Source: Candidatus Gastranaerophilales bacterium
GTDB taxonomy: Bacteria > Cyanobacteriota > Vampirovibrionia > Gastranaerophilales > Gastranaerophilaceae
Reading direction: 5' to 3'
NCBI GenBank assembly: GCA_944324385.1
Contig: CALUWD010000010.1
Span: 1,679-65,678 of the forward strand
Length of the DNA: 64,000 nucleotides
Below are positions 18,579-27,586 of this stretch, in pieces (positions within the stretch are counted from its first letter, which is position 1; each line of letters begins with the position of its first letter). The translations under genes were made by a program, and so were the position numbers. The notes below the pieces were generated by a model. It made no database searches. It was not told the origin of the DNA and was given only the letters and a program-made list of their open reading frames with translations.

Positions 18579-19429
18579 AAAACCTCGCAAAACTGTTGTT
18601 TTATAACTTTTAATACCTCAGGATGCCAACAAACCACAATATTTGCACCGGCAGCTATTAGAGCTGAAGAAGTTGAAATTTCCCACATTTTTGCTCGATT
18701 CTCTAATTCACCCCATGAGGCATTGTAATCTTTGCTTTTAGATTCCTTAGCCTTATACGATTCTTCTCCTGCATAAACTATTATTGGCATATCAAGCATT
18801 TTATCCCCTGCTTGTCTTGCAAGGCAAATGCGCTCAATTATACTGTAACCATAATCAATTCCATAACCAATACAGCCCATGTCAGGGTCGATTAAAATTT
18901 GCTCAGCTTTCAAACCTGAATCAATTGATAAAATATTTAATTCTTTTGTCAAGTTAATATCAATAGGCGTTCTTAGAACAAATTTATGCTTGTATCTCGA
19001 ATTCAAAGCTACCTTCAATATTTTCTCGTAGTTCGTCGCTTGAATGGGTGAAATAATTAATTCCCTGTCAATAATTTCTGACAACGCACAAAAAACTTCG
19101 CAGTCCCATTTAGCATTAGAACTTAACTTTATCATTAAATTGATTTTTGAATTATCTAAAATGAACTTAAAAATTCTTTTATATTTACTCAAAAGCCCAT
19201 TTTTCATATCATCACTTGGTTCTTGAGCATTAAAATAAACACTTACAAAATCAGCACCAATCTTAATTGCCTCATCTTGAACAGCTAAAAACCACTCCTT
19301 TGGGTCACTAATCACATCACCCCAATATTTTTTTAAAACAGGTGAGTAATTTTCACTTAGTTCAACTGGAAACTCCAGACCAAATCCGAGTTTATTTAAA
19401 CTATTAGAATTTAAATCAAAATCTAACAC
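18569..19429 (-). CDS. Corrinoid iron-sulfur protein small-subunit-like protein (AcsD/CdhD family)
   Basis: The C-terminal two-thirds are collinear with my recollection of AcsD (IDPDMGCIGYGIDYGYSIIERI, GDKMLDMPII, WHPE). The GTG start lies directly after the ftsH stop with no intergenic base. Confidence 0.8.
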   Translation of the reverse strand: MLDFDLNSNSLNKLGFGLEFPVELSENYSPVLKKYWGDVISDPKEWFLAVQDEAIKIGADFVSVYFNAQEPSDDMKNGLLSKYKRIFKFILDNSKINLMIKLSSNAKWDCEVFCALSEIIDRELIISPIQATNYEKILKVALNSRYKHKFVLRTPIDINLTKELNILSIDSGLKAEQILIDPDMGCIGYGIDYGYSIIERICLARQAGDKMLDMPIIVYAGEESYKAKESKSKDYNASWGELENRAKMWEISTSSALIAAGANIVVCWHPEVLKVIKQQFCEVLCH

Positions 19430-21325
19430 TTACGCCTGCTGCCCTCTCTGTTCAATAATTTTGTTCATAATTTCGCTAAACTCAGCTTCATCAAGAGTTT
19501 CACGCTCAAGCAGTTCTTTTGCAATTTTTCGTAGCATATCTTCATTATCAGTTAACATCTGCTTTGCAATATTGTATCTCTCATCAACGATTCTCTTAAC
19601 TTCCTTATCTATGTCAGCAGCAATTTCTTCGCTAAAATCTCTTTGGTGTCCAAAGTCACGACCCATAAAAACATGCTCTTGACTTGTACCATAAGCCAGA
19701 TTGCCCATTTTTTCAGACATACCATAAACAGTAACCATTTTGCGCGCAAGAGCTGAAACTTTTTCTAAATCGTTTTGTGCGCCTGTTGTAATGGATTCAG
19801 GCCCATAAATCAGCTCCTCAGCCACTCTACCGCCTAAAATCATGGTAATTCTGTCAAGCAGCTGCGACTTTTTAAGCGTCAAATGGTCTTTTTCTGGCAA
19901 CACTGTTGTAATGCCAAGTGCCATACCACGCGGAATAATTGAAACCTTGTGCAGTGGGTCGCAATCTTTTAAAAGCCTTGCTAATAGTGCGTGTCCAACT
20001 TCATGGTAGGCTGTATTTTCTTTTTCTTCATCTGAAATTATTCGAGATTTTTTCTCAGGGCCAGCCATAACCTTATCAATAGCTTCTTCAATGTGTTCCA
20101 TTGAAATTTCATTTTTATCATATCTTGCACTTAAAAGCGCGGCTTCATTTAATAAATTCTGTAAGTCAGCACCGGTAAACCCTGGAGTACGCTTAGCTAA
20201 AACTTTTAAATCTACATCTGATGCTAAAGGTTTATTTTTAGCATGCACTGCAAGAATTTGCTCGCGACCTAAAATATCAGGACGATTAATAATTATTTGC
20301 CTATCAAACCTACCGGGACGCAATAGCGCGTTATCAAGAATGTCAGGACGGTTAGTAGCTGCAAGGACAATAATATTAACATTCTCATCAAAACCATCCA
20401 TCTCAACAAGCAACTGGTTAAGGGTTTGTTCGCGTTCATCATGACCGCCGCCCATACCGGCACCCCTTTGACGACCAACAGCATCAATTTCATCTATAAA
20501 AATAATACAAGGCTGGTGCTTTTTAGCCTGTTCGAATAAATCTCTAACACGAGATGCACCAACACCAACAAACATTTCAACAAAATCAGAACCTGAAATA
20601 GAGAAAAATGGGACTCCGGCCTCGCCTGCTACAGCTTTTGCCATAAGGGTTTTACCAGTCCCTGGAACACCAACTAAAAGCACACCTTTAGGTATTTTTG
20701 CACCCAATTTAGTATACTTATCGCCATTTTTTAAGAAATCAACAATTTCTTCGAGTTCTTGTTTTTCTTCATCAATTCCGGCAACATCCTTAAATGTCAC
20801 TTTAACTTTGTTTTCTTGCATTAATTTAGCGCGAGATTTACCAAAATTCATTGCAGCAGAGCCACCTTGCTGAATTCCGCGCAACAACAAAATAATTAAA
20901 CCTATAAAGAATATTGGCACAAGCAATGAACCAATTGTACCCAATACTGAACCCTCTTGTGGTTTTTTAACATTAATTTCTACATTATTTTTTTCTAAAA
21001 CCGAAAGTAAATTAGGGTCGTTATCAGGAATTTGTATTTTATATTGAAAACTTGCAGGCTGATTTACATTCGACAAGCCTACTATATCAGTCTTTGGCTT
21101 AGCAGGAGCGGTTTTATCAGTCTTTGACTCATCCTTTGGTACAGCAGTTACAAGATTTTTTGCGATTGTAACGCTTTCGATTTCACCTGCATTTACTTTA
21201 TCTAAAAATTGAGAGTAAGAAAGTTCACTACTTGTTGTAGTTGGGCCTGCAAAAGCAACAACTGCAAGCAAAATAGCGATAATACCTACAATAATGTAAA
21301 CTCCCATTGACTGATTTTTATTCAT
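19430..21325 (-). CDS. ftsH: ATP-dependent zinc metalloprotease FtsH
   Basis: Two N-terminal TM segments are present. Walker A is GVPGTGKT and Walker B is IIFIDEID. The SRH region and the HEVGHAL zinc motif are present. Confidence 0.95.
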   Translation of the reverse strand: MNKNQSMGVYIIVGIIAILLAVVAFAGPTTTSSELSYSQFLDKVNAGEIESVTIAKNLVTAVPKDESKTDKTAPAKPKTDIVGLSNVNQPASFQYKIQIPDNDPNLLSVLEKNNVEINVKKPQEGSVLGTIGSLLVPIFFIGLIILLLRGIQQGGSAAMNFGKSRAKLMQENKVKVTFKDVAGIDEEKQELEEIVDFLKNGDKYTKLGAKIPKGVLLVGVPGTGKTLMAKAVAGEAGVPFFSISGSDFVEMFVGVGASRVRDLFEQAKKHQPCIIFIDEIDAVGRQRGAGMGGGHDEREQTLNQLLVEMDGFDENVNIIVLAATNRPDILDNALLRPGRFDRQIIINRPDILGREQILAVHAKNKPLASDVDLKVLAKRTPGFTGADLQNLLNEAALLSARYDKNEISMEHIEEAIDKVMAGPEKKSRIISDEEKENTAYHEVGHALLARLLKDCDPLHKVSIIPRGMALGITTVLPEKDHLTLKKSQLLDRITMILGGRVAEELIYGPESITTGAQNDLEKVSALARKMVTVYGMSEKMGNLAYGTSQEHVFMGRDFGHQRDFSEEIAADIDKEVKRIVDERYNIAKQMLTDNEDMLRKIAKELLERETLDEAEFSEIMNKIIEQRGQQA

Positions 21326-21399
21326 TTTTTCCCCTGTAATAAAATATTTCTGTTGCTATTATAGCAAAAGAATAATAAAATGTTAATGGGAATATACAC

Positions 21400-21915
21400 A
21401 TGTCTAAAGCTTATCTATCACTAGGTTCAAATTTAGGTGACCGCCTGTCAAACATACAACAGGCTGTTAGACTTTTAACAAGCGATAACAACATAAAACT
21501 TTTAAGAGCGTCATCATTTTATGAAACTCAGCCTTGGGGCTTAAGTTCTCAAAATTGGTTTATAAATGCTGCAATTGCCATAGAGACAGAACTTTCGCCA
21601 ATTGAACTTTTGCGCGTATGTCAAGATATAGAAGCAAAACTCGGCAGAATTCGAGAAGGCAAGCCAAAATGGAGTGAAAGGGTAATTGATATAGACATAT
21701 TATTTTACGACGATTTAGTTTTAAAAAATGAAATTCTGGAAATTCCCCACAAATACGTGCATTTAAGAGCTTTTGCGCTAGTGCCCATGATTGAAGTGAA
21801 TGCAAATTATAAACACCCCATTTTAAATAAAACAATAATAGAAATGCACGAAGAACTTGAAAACCCTGAGGATGTTTTCTTGTATGGCACAGTTTTGCCG
21901 GAAGCAAATAAATGA
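21400..21915 (+). CDS. folK: 2-amino-4-hydroxy-6-hydroxymethyldihydropteridine diphosphokinase
   Basis: The pattern AYLSLGSNLGDR...YETQPWG...IDIDIL...PH is typical of HPPK. Confidence 0.9.
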   Translation: MSKAYLSLGSNLGDRLSNIQQAVRLLTSDNNIKLLRASSFYETQPWGLSSQNWFINAAIAIETELSPIELLRVCQDIEAKLGRIREGKPKWSERVIDIDILFYDDLVLKNEILEIPHKYVHLRAFALVPMIEVNANYKHPILNKTIIEMHEELENPEDVFLYGTVLPEANK

Positions 21916-22973
21916 AAAAAGTTGCAATAATAGGCGCAGGGCCCTCTGGGATATACTGTGCACTACATTTAAAAGGCTATTGCAATATTGATATTTATGA
22001 AAAAAATTCACCCCTAAAAACTTTGCTTGTAACAGGCGGCGGAAGATGCAACCTAACGCACTTTGCGCAAGACATTAGAGATTTAAGCAAGAATTACCCA
22101 CGTGGCGAAAAGTTTTTATATTCAATTTTTTCAAAACATTTTGTTGATGACACACTTGAATTCTTTAAAAGTATTGGCATTGAAACATATATGCAAGAGG
22201 ATTTTAGGTATTTTCCAAAGTCAAACAGCGCAAAAGATATGCGCGAAAAGATGCTAAAAACTTTAGCTAATACAAAAATTATAAAAAAAGAAATTAAAAG
22301 CTTAAAAGAATTGGCTAACTACGATTTCATTGTAATATCAACAGGTTCAAAAAGCGGATATAACTTAGCGAAAGAAGTGGGGCATAAAATAATTGAGCCA
22401 AAACCTGCACTATGTGGGCTAAAACTCAGCAATGACAGTCCAAAATACCCTCAAGGCGTAGTATTAAAAACTCCTGAAGGAGAGATTTTATTTACAAAAG
22501 AGGGAATTTCTGGCCCATTAGTATATAAAATATCCTCCATAAATGCCAGAAAAAACTTTCCATATGAAATAAATATTCCACTAATTGAACCTAAAGAGCT
22601 TTTTCAAAAAGTAAAAAACAACCCCAAAAAGAGCTTTGGCAATATAGTTTCAGAATTTATACCAAAATCATTAGCACATGTTATTGTAAAAAATTACGAA
22701 AAATCTTGTGCAAACGTGTCAAAAAAAGAAATCGAGGAGCTGAGTAAATTGACATTCAAGGTGATTTCATCAGATGATAAGGGTGAAATTGTAACTTGCG
22801 GCGGAGTGGATTTAAAAGAAATTAACAACAAATGCCAGTCTAAAATTAATCCAAAAATATTTTTCTGTGGCGAAATAATGGATATAGACGGCTTTTGCGG
22901 AGGCTACAACCTGCAACACTGTTGGAGCAGCGCATATTGCGTTGCAGAAAGTATTAAAACATACCTTTTTTAG
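21912..22973 (+). CDS. HI0933/BaiN-like NAD(P)/FAD-dependent oxidoreductase (short form, 353 aa)
   Basis: GAGPSG dinucleotide motif and GGGRCNLTH. The start shares an ATGA overlap with the folK stop. Confidence 0.75.
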   Translation: MKKVAIIGAGPSGIYCALHLKGYCNIDIYEKNSPLKTLLVTGGGRCNLTHFAQDIRDLSKNYPRGEKFLYSIFSKHFVDDTLEFFKSIGIETYMQEDFRYFPKSNSAKDMREKMLKTLANTKIIKKEIKSLKELANYDFIVISTGSKSGYNLAKEVGHKIIEPKPALCGLKLSNDSPKYPQGVVLKTPEGEILFTKEGISGPLVYKISSINARKNFPYEINIPLIEPKELFQKVKNNPKKSFGNIVSEFIPKSLAHVIVKNYEKSCANVSKKEIEELSKLTFKVISSDDKGEIVTCGGVDLKEINNKCQSKINPKIFFCGEIMDIDGFCGGYNLQHCWSSAYCVAESIKTYLF

Positions 22974-23904
22974 CAAATAAAGCAGCAGCAAGCATTGAGG
23001 CAATGCCTGATATAAATATTACAATTACAAAACCAAACTGATGTGCAGCAAAAGGCAGATGAACATTCATACCCCAAAAGCTTGCAAACATAGTGGGAAT
23101 AGCTAAAATTATTGTAATTGATGTTAAAAATTTCATAACGATATTCAGGTTATTTGAAATGATTGAGGCAAATGCGTCCATCATATTTTCAAGAATGTTT
23201 CTGTGCATTTCAACCATTTCAAGCGCCTGTTTATTTTCAATAATAACATCTTCCAATAAATCAATGTCATCTTCATTGAATTTTAAAGGCGTTACAGAAT
23301 TAGACTTTGTAAGGCGCATAATTTTTTGTAAAACTATATAGTTATCTTTGAGCGCTGTTGTAAAGTAAACTAAAGACTTTTGCGCCTCAAACAGTTGGAA
23401 AAGCGCTTTATTCTTCATCGTTCTCCTTAGGTCATCTTCGATTTTATCAGTCTGTTTGTTAATAAAATTCAAATATCTCAAATAGTATTTTGTAGACCTA
23501 AAAAGAATATTCAGCAAAAATCTGGTTTTGTTTCTAGTATCAAAAAAGCTGGATGTTTCTTTGTTGAAAGAACTTATAATTCTATTTTCCTTAGAACAAA
23601 CAGTAATAAAGCTTGTTGGGGTAAAAATTATACCCAAAGGCAAAGTGTCAAACGCGCCTTCATCTTCCATAACAGGAATATTTGTAATTATCAAAAGATG
23701 ACCATCTTCATATTCCATACGCGAGCGCTCATCAACGTCAAGAGAATTTCTCAAAAAACTTTCGTCAAGATTTAAAACAAGTGAAACTTTTTGCATTTCT
23801 TCATAAGTAGGATCAATAAGGTTAAACCAAGAACCGCATTGTGCCTCGGAAATGCTAACTTCGACAAGTTCGTTATTATCTTGTGTTTTTAAAATCTCTA
23901 TCAT
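22954..23904 (-). CDS. corA: Magnesium/cobalt transporter CorA
   Basis: Two C-terminal TM helices carry the GMN signature (FWGMNV). The size is typical. Confidence 0.9.
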   Translation of the reverse strand: MIEILKTQDNNELVEVSISEAQCGSWFNLIDPTYEEMQKVSLVLNLDESFLRNSLDVDERSRMEYEDGHLLIITNIPVMEDEGAFDTLPLGIIFTPTSFITVCSKENRIISSFNKETSSFFDTRNKTRFLLNILFRSTKYYLRYLNFINKQTDKIEDDLRRTMKNKALFQLFEAQKSLVYFTTALKDNYIVLQKIMRLTKSNSVTPLKFNEDDIDLLEDVIIENKQALEMVEMHRNILENMMDAFASIISNNLNIVMKFLTSITIILAIPTMFASFWGMNVHLPFAAHQFGFVIVIFISGIASMLAAALFAKKGMF

Positions 23905-23955
23905 CTAAACCAAATCCGCTAACTTGCCACATCTTAATTAAACTACATAAAAAAA

Positions 23956-24582
23956 CTAATGTAAAGCTTTAAGCATGTTTTCAAAAGTTTTTATACTAAA
24001 TCCGACAACATTCAAGTAATCACCTTCGATTTTTTCAATAAAAGAATTTTTAGGAGGATTAAGCACTTCCTGCTCTGAAATAAAATCCTGAATACCATAG
24101 CTGCCGGCTTTATCAAGCGGATTTTTACTTTTAATGTACTCAATAATTTCATTATCGTTTAAATTTCTAAAATACACATTTGTTGTTGTAAATTCTGTCA
24201 AATTTTCTAAAGTAATTGAATTAACAATAGAAATTGAGGTTACAACCTTATGTTCTTTTCCACTTAGGCTTTTGAGCATAAAAATAGCCTCGCTAAAATC
24301 TCGAGGCTTATTTAACAAACACACACTATCGAGGATTACCATAGTATCGGCACCTACGACTATTGCTTCATGTTGAATTCTTTGAGCAACGTCCAATGCC
24401 TTACCCAACGAATTCTTCTTTATATTTTCATACGAAAATGTCTCAAATTTTTCTTCCCTATAAAACGATTTAACAATTTCAAACTCATAACCATAACGCG
24501 CAAGAATTTCCCTACGCCTTGGCGAATTTGATGCAAGTATTAATTTTTTTTCTATACATTCCACCTGCAAATTATAGCACAA
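23956..24582 (-). CDS. maf: Maf-family nucleoside triphosphate pyrophosphatase
   Basis: LILASNSPRRREIL, GADTMV and KAGSYGIQ motifs are present. Confidence 0.88.
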   Translation of the reverse strand: MCYNLQVECIEKKLILASNSPRRREILARYGYEFEIVKSFYREEKFETFSYENIKKNSLGKALDVAQRIQHEAIVVGADTMVILDSVCLLNKPRDFSEAIFMLKSLSGKEHKVVTSISIVNSITLENLTEFTTTNVYFRNLNDNEIIEYIKSKNPLDKAGSYGIQDFISEQEVLNPPKNSFIEKIEGDYLNVVGFSIKTFENMLKALH

Positions 24583-24849
24583 TTATTTAGCTACAGGTGC
24601 AGGTTTTTTCATTTGAATATTTCTCGATTTACGATATTGAATATTTAAAGAAATAGCCTTTATGCAAGTACTTTTCAGCTGTTGTTGAAGATTTATTGCA
24701 TTCATTTGAATCATTGCATAATCATTCATAGCATCAAGCATCTTTTGTGGATCTACCATTGATGACTGAATAACAGGGTTGTCAACCTTTAAACCTTGAT
24801 ATTTTTTAACCAATAATGCATCAATTTTATCCTTAGCTCCTATAGCCAT
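24583..24849 (-). CDS. Hypothetical 88 aa protein
   Basis: An ATG start is preceded by AGGGAGAAG. The stop directly abuts the maf start codon. I recognise no family. Confidence 0.5.
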   Translation of the reverse strand: MAIGAKDKIDALLVKKYQGLKVDNPVIQSSMVDPQKMLDAMNDYAMIQMNAINLQQQLKSTCIKAISLNIQYRKSRNIQMKKPAPVAK

Positions 24850-24995
24850 TTTCTTCTCCCTTTAAGTTTTAATCCCGTTTCCTATATTTCTATAAAGTAT
24901 TTTTATAAGTAAAAATTGACATTTTAAAAAATTATAGTTAACAATGCTTAACATATTGTCAAAACATAATATTCATAGGATTTTTAAAAGCAATT

Positions 24996-26393
24996 ATGAT
25001 TATAAATACATTTATACATAAAAATAACTTAAACTACGTATACTTTGGCAAGAACAATACGCATAAGTCCAGTAGCACAAAAACAAGTTACAAAAATAGC
25101 TCCTCATGGGCGCTAAAGACAAACGTATTTGCAATGCATGAAGCAAAAAAAGATATAAAGGAAAACTTTCGCCATGCAAGCAAGGAAGACTATAAAATAT
25201 TAACAGATAAAAGCTATGATGCAGCATCGAAAAGAGCAAAGTGGTTTAATCCTAGAGATTGCAAGGTGTATTACATTATAAAAGAATCACAAGATGCAAA
25301 CGGGCAAATTAATGTAAGAATACTTACCCAGAGTGGCAAATTTGTGAAAAACGCTAAAATTAAACCAAAAACAATAGTTATAGCAGACAAATTTGAAACT
25401 GAAGGCTACGCGATAAAAGACGGATCCTTTGAAATACAACCAATACCCAGAATTTCACATGGAGAAATGGTTTCAAGGTTTGCTTTTGTAACAAATCCCT
25501 TTGCAAATTACATACATGTAAAAATTGACAAAGAAACAGATCCTTTTAAAATAATGGAAAAAGTTGAAAAATTAAGTCAAGATGAAAATATAGATGTTAT
25601 AAATTTCTCTTGGGCTGATTTGCTCCCACTTGAATTTTACGAAGATTTTAAATTTAAAAAAACTAATAATTACGTAAAAATAGCACAAAAAATAATATCA
25701 AAAGAATTTGAAAATGACAAAGAGGCTGCTGAATTATTTTGCACAATTAATGAAAGTGCAAAGTTAATAGAGGATATAAATAAATTAACAAAAAAAGGAA
25801 TAAAAATATTCATTTCAGGCGGCAACGGAGGCAAGGACTCATTTAACATGAACTTACTGGGCAAAAAAGTGCAAGGAGTTGGCTCACTTGATAAGAACGG
25901 ACATTTAAGCACCTTTAATTCATCAAAGATTAATTCACTTGTAAAACATTTTGAATTAGGGGAGTACAAACCAATTGAAACAAAAGATGGGATAAGTTAC
26001 ACAAAAACAGGGCAAACTGACTATGTATGCGATACAAAAAAAATATTTAGCTTAAGAGGTAAAAAAGCAAGTGATTTTTTGATAGATAAAAACGAGTTTA
26101 AAAGAGCACTAAAGGCTAAAAAGCAATCATCGATGGAGTTCTATGAAATATTTGCAACTTGGATTGATGAAAAAAAATTACTTAGCGGTAGACAGGCATG
26201 TCAACTGTTTTTAGACAAAAACACACATCAGTACGACAATTTATACGTAACAGTCGGCGACTGGATAACCTACAAAATAAACACAGAAGGAGAACTTGTA
26301 CCATATTACTTGAGCATATACGGAACATCATTTGCAAGCCCAATTAGGGCAGCAAAGTACACGCTTAATGAAATGATGAAAGGCATTATTTAG
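24996..26393 (+). CDS. Divergent subtilisin-like (S8) protein with no recognisable signal peptide (465 aa)
   Basis: Candidate catalytic elements occur in D-H-N-S order: IVIAD, SHGEMVS, ISGGNGG and YGTSFASP (compare GTSMAxP). A ~150 aa insertion precedes the Ser motif. The start codon is uncertain because the RBS is weak. Confidence 0.5.
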   Translation: MIINTFIHKNNLNYVYFGKNNTHKSSSTKTSYKNSSSWALKTNVFAMHEAKKDIKENFRHASKEDYKILTDKSYDAASKRAKWFNPRDCKVYYIIKESQDANGQINVRILTQSGKFVKNAKIKPKTIVIADKFETEGYAIKDGSFEIQPIPRISHGEMVSRFAFVTNPFANYIHVKIDKETDPFKIMEKVEKLSQDENIDVINFSWADLLPLEFYEDFKFKKTNNYVKIAQKIISKEFENDKEAAELFCTINESAKLIEDINKLTKKGIKIFISGGNGGKDSFNMNLLGKKVQGVGSLDKNGHLSTFNSSKINSLVKHFELGEYKPIETKDGISYTKTGQTDYVCDTKKIFSLRGKKASDFLIDKNEFKRALKAKKQSSMEFYEIFATWIDEKKLLSGRQACQLFLDKNTHQYDNLYVTVGDWITYKINTEGELVPYYLSIYGTSFASPIRAAKYTLNEMMKGII

Positions 26394-26398
26394 TTAAA

Positions 26399-27574
26399 TT
26401 ATTGTTCAAATACTTCTTTTAATTCCTTTGTAATACCAAAAATACCTGTAAGGAAAGCTATCGAGCTCATAATAATCAAAATTTTATCTACACCAAAGTA
26501 TTGCCCAACAAAGCCCATTGGAGCTAAAAAGAGAGCACCTAGACCCCAGCTAAAACCTTGCATAACACCTGATATAACTCCTTTATTTTTATTAACCAGC
26601 TTCTGAGCACTAACAAGAGTTACAGAAACTGAAAGCAATATAAAGAAGCCAGTTAAGATAAACAGTGTCGCAGCAAAATATGGTAAACTTTCTAGCACAA
26701 AAAGCGTAAGCAAGGTAAGTGGCAGAATTGAAAAGAAAGAAAGTCTTATTACATTTGCTCCACCAATTTTTTCTTCTAATTTTGGGCTTATCATAGTGGC
26801 AATACCACTAATTGTAAAAAACAAGGTAACAATAAGGCCAATTTCATTGAGCGAAAAGCCATTTTTTTCAAGCAAAAATGGCATATAAGTACCAAAGCTA
26901 ATGCTCACGCCTGATTTTACGACAGCAATTAATACCAATCCTAAAATAGTCTTCGAACTTAAAATCTCCTTCATTAAAGCAAAGAAGCTTTCCTTTGAGT
27001 TGCAAACAGTATCAGAAGGTATTTTTGGCACAACGAAATAAATTAAAATCGCAGTTAATATCCCAGGAATTGCAAAAAACAAAAGGGCATGTTCACCAAA
27101 GGTTGCAGCAACGCTGGACGAGCAAATTGGGCCAATAGCGTAACCAATAGTGCCTAACCCTAAAAATATACCCATATATTTTGCAAGTTTTGGATTGTTA
27201 AAACTAAAAGTATTTACAAGGCAAGTTACTTGAGGATGATAAAAGGCATTGCCGCACATACCCAATATTAAAAACAAAGTTAAAAGCCTTGCACTTGGCG
27301 AAACAACAGTAAGCGGAATAAATAAAGATGCCATAACAAGACCCCAGAACATAAAAGTTCTATGGCGCAATTTATCTGAAATATAACCAAAAAATGGCTG
27401 CAACATAGAAGATAACATATGCCCAAAAGCAATTATTGTACTGATAAAAGAAAGAGAAATGCCAAGTTTAGCGGTAATTACAGGATATAATGGCACAAGA
27501 ATTGAGGCATACCAATCCACTATGAAATGTCCTGTACTTAAACCTACTAAAGCTTTTTTATCTGCGTTTCTCAT
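26399..27574 (-). CDS. MFS transporter
   Basis: It has about 12 TM segments, and its topology and size are typical of the MFS. Confidence 0.85.
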   Translation of the reverse strand: MRNADKKALVGLSTGHFIVDWYASILVPLYPVITAKLGISLSFISTIIAFGHMLSSMLQPFFGYISDKLRHRTFMFWGLVMASLFIPLTVVSPSARLLTLFLILGMCGNAFYHPQVTCLVNTFSFNNPKLAKYMGIFLGLGTIGYAIGPICSSSVAATFGEHALLFFAIPGILTAILIYFVVPKIPSDTVCNSKESFFALMKEILSSKTILGLVLIAVVKSGVSISFGTYMPFLLEKNGFSLNEIGLIVTLFFTISGIATMISPKLEEKIGGANVIRLSFFSILPLTLLTLFVLESLPYFAATLFILTGFFILLSVSVTLVSAQKLVNKNKGVISGVMQGFSWGLGALFLAPMGFVGQYFGVDKILIIMSSIAFLTGIFGITKELKEVFEQ

Positions 27575-27586
27575 TTTAAAATCCTA

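Noticed and set aside
24916-24984. TTGACA and TTGTCA hexamers in the 88 aa / S8-like divergent spacer as candidate promoters.
   Set aside because: I found no acceptable -10 hexamer at 16-18 nt spacing from either hexamer. The best candidates give spacers of 11-13 nt. I did not report them as features.
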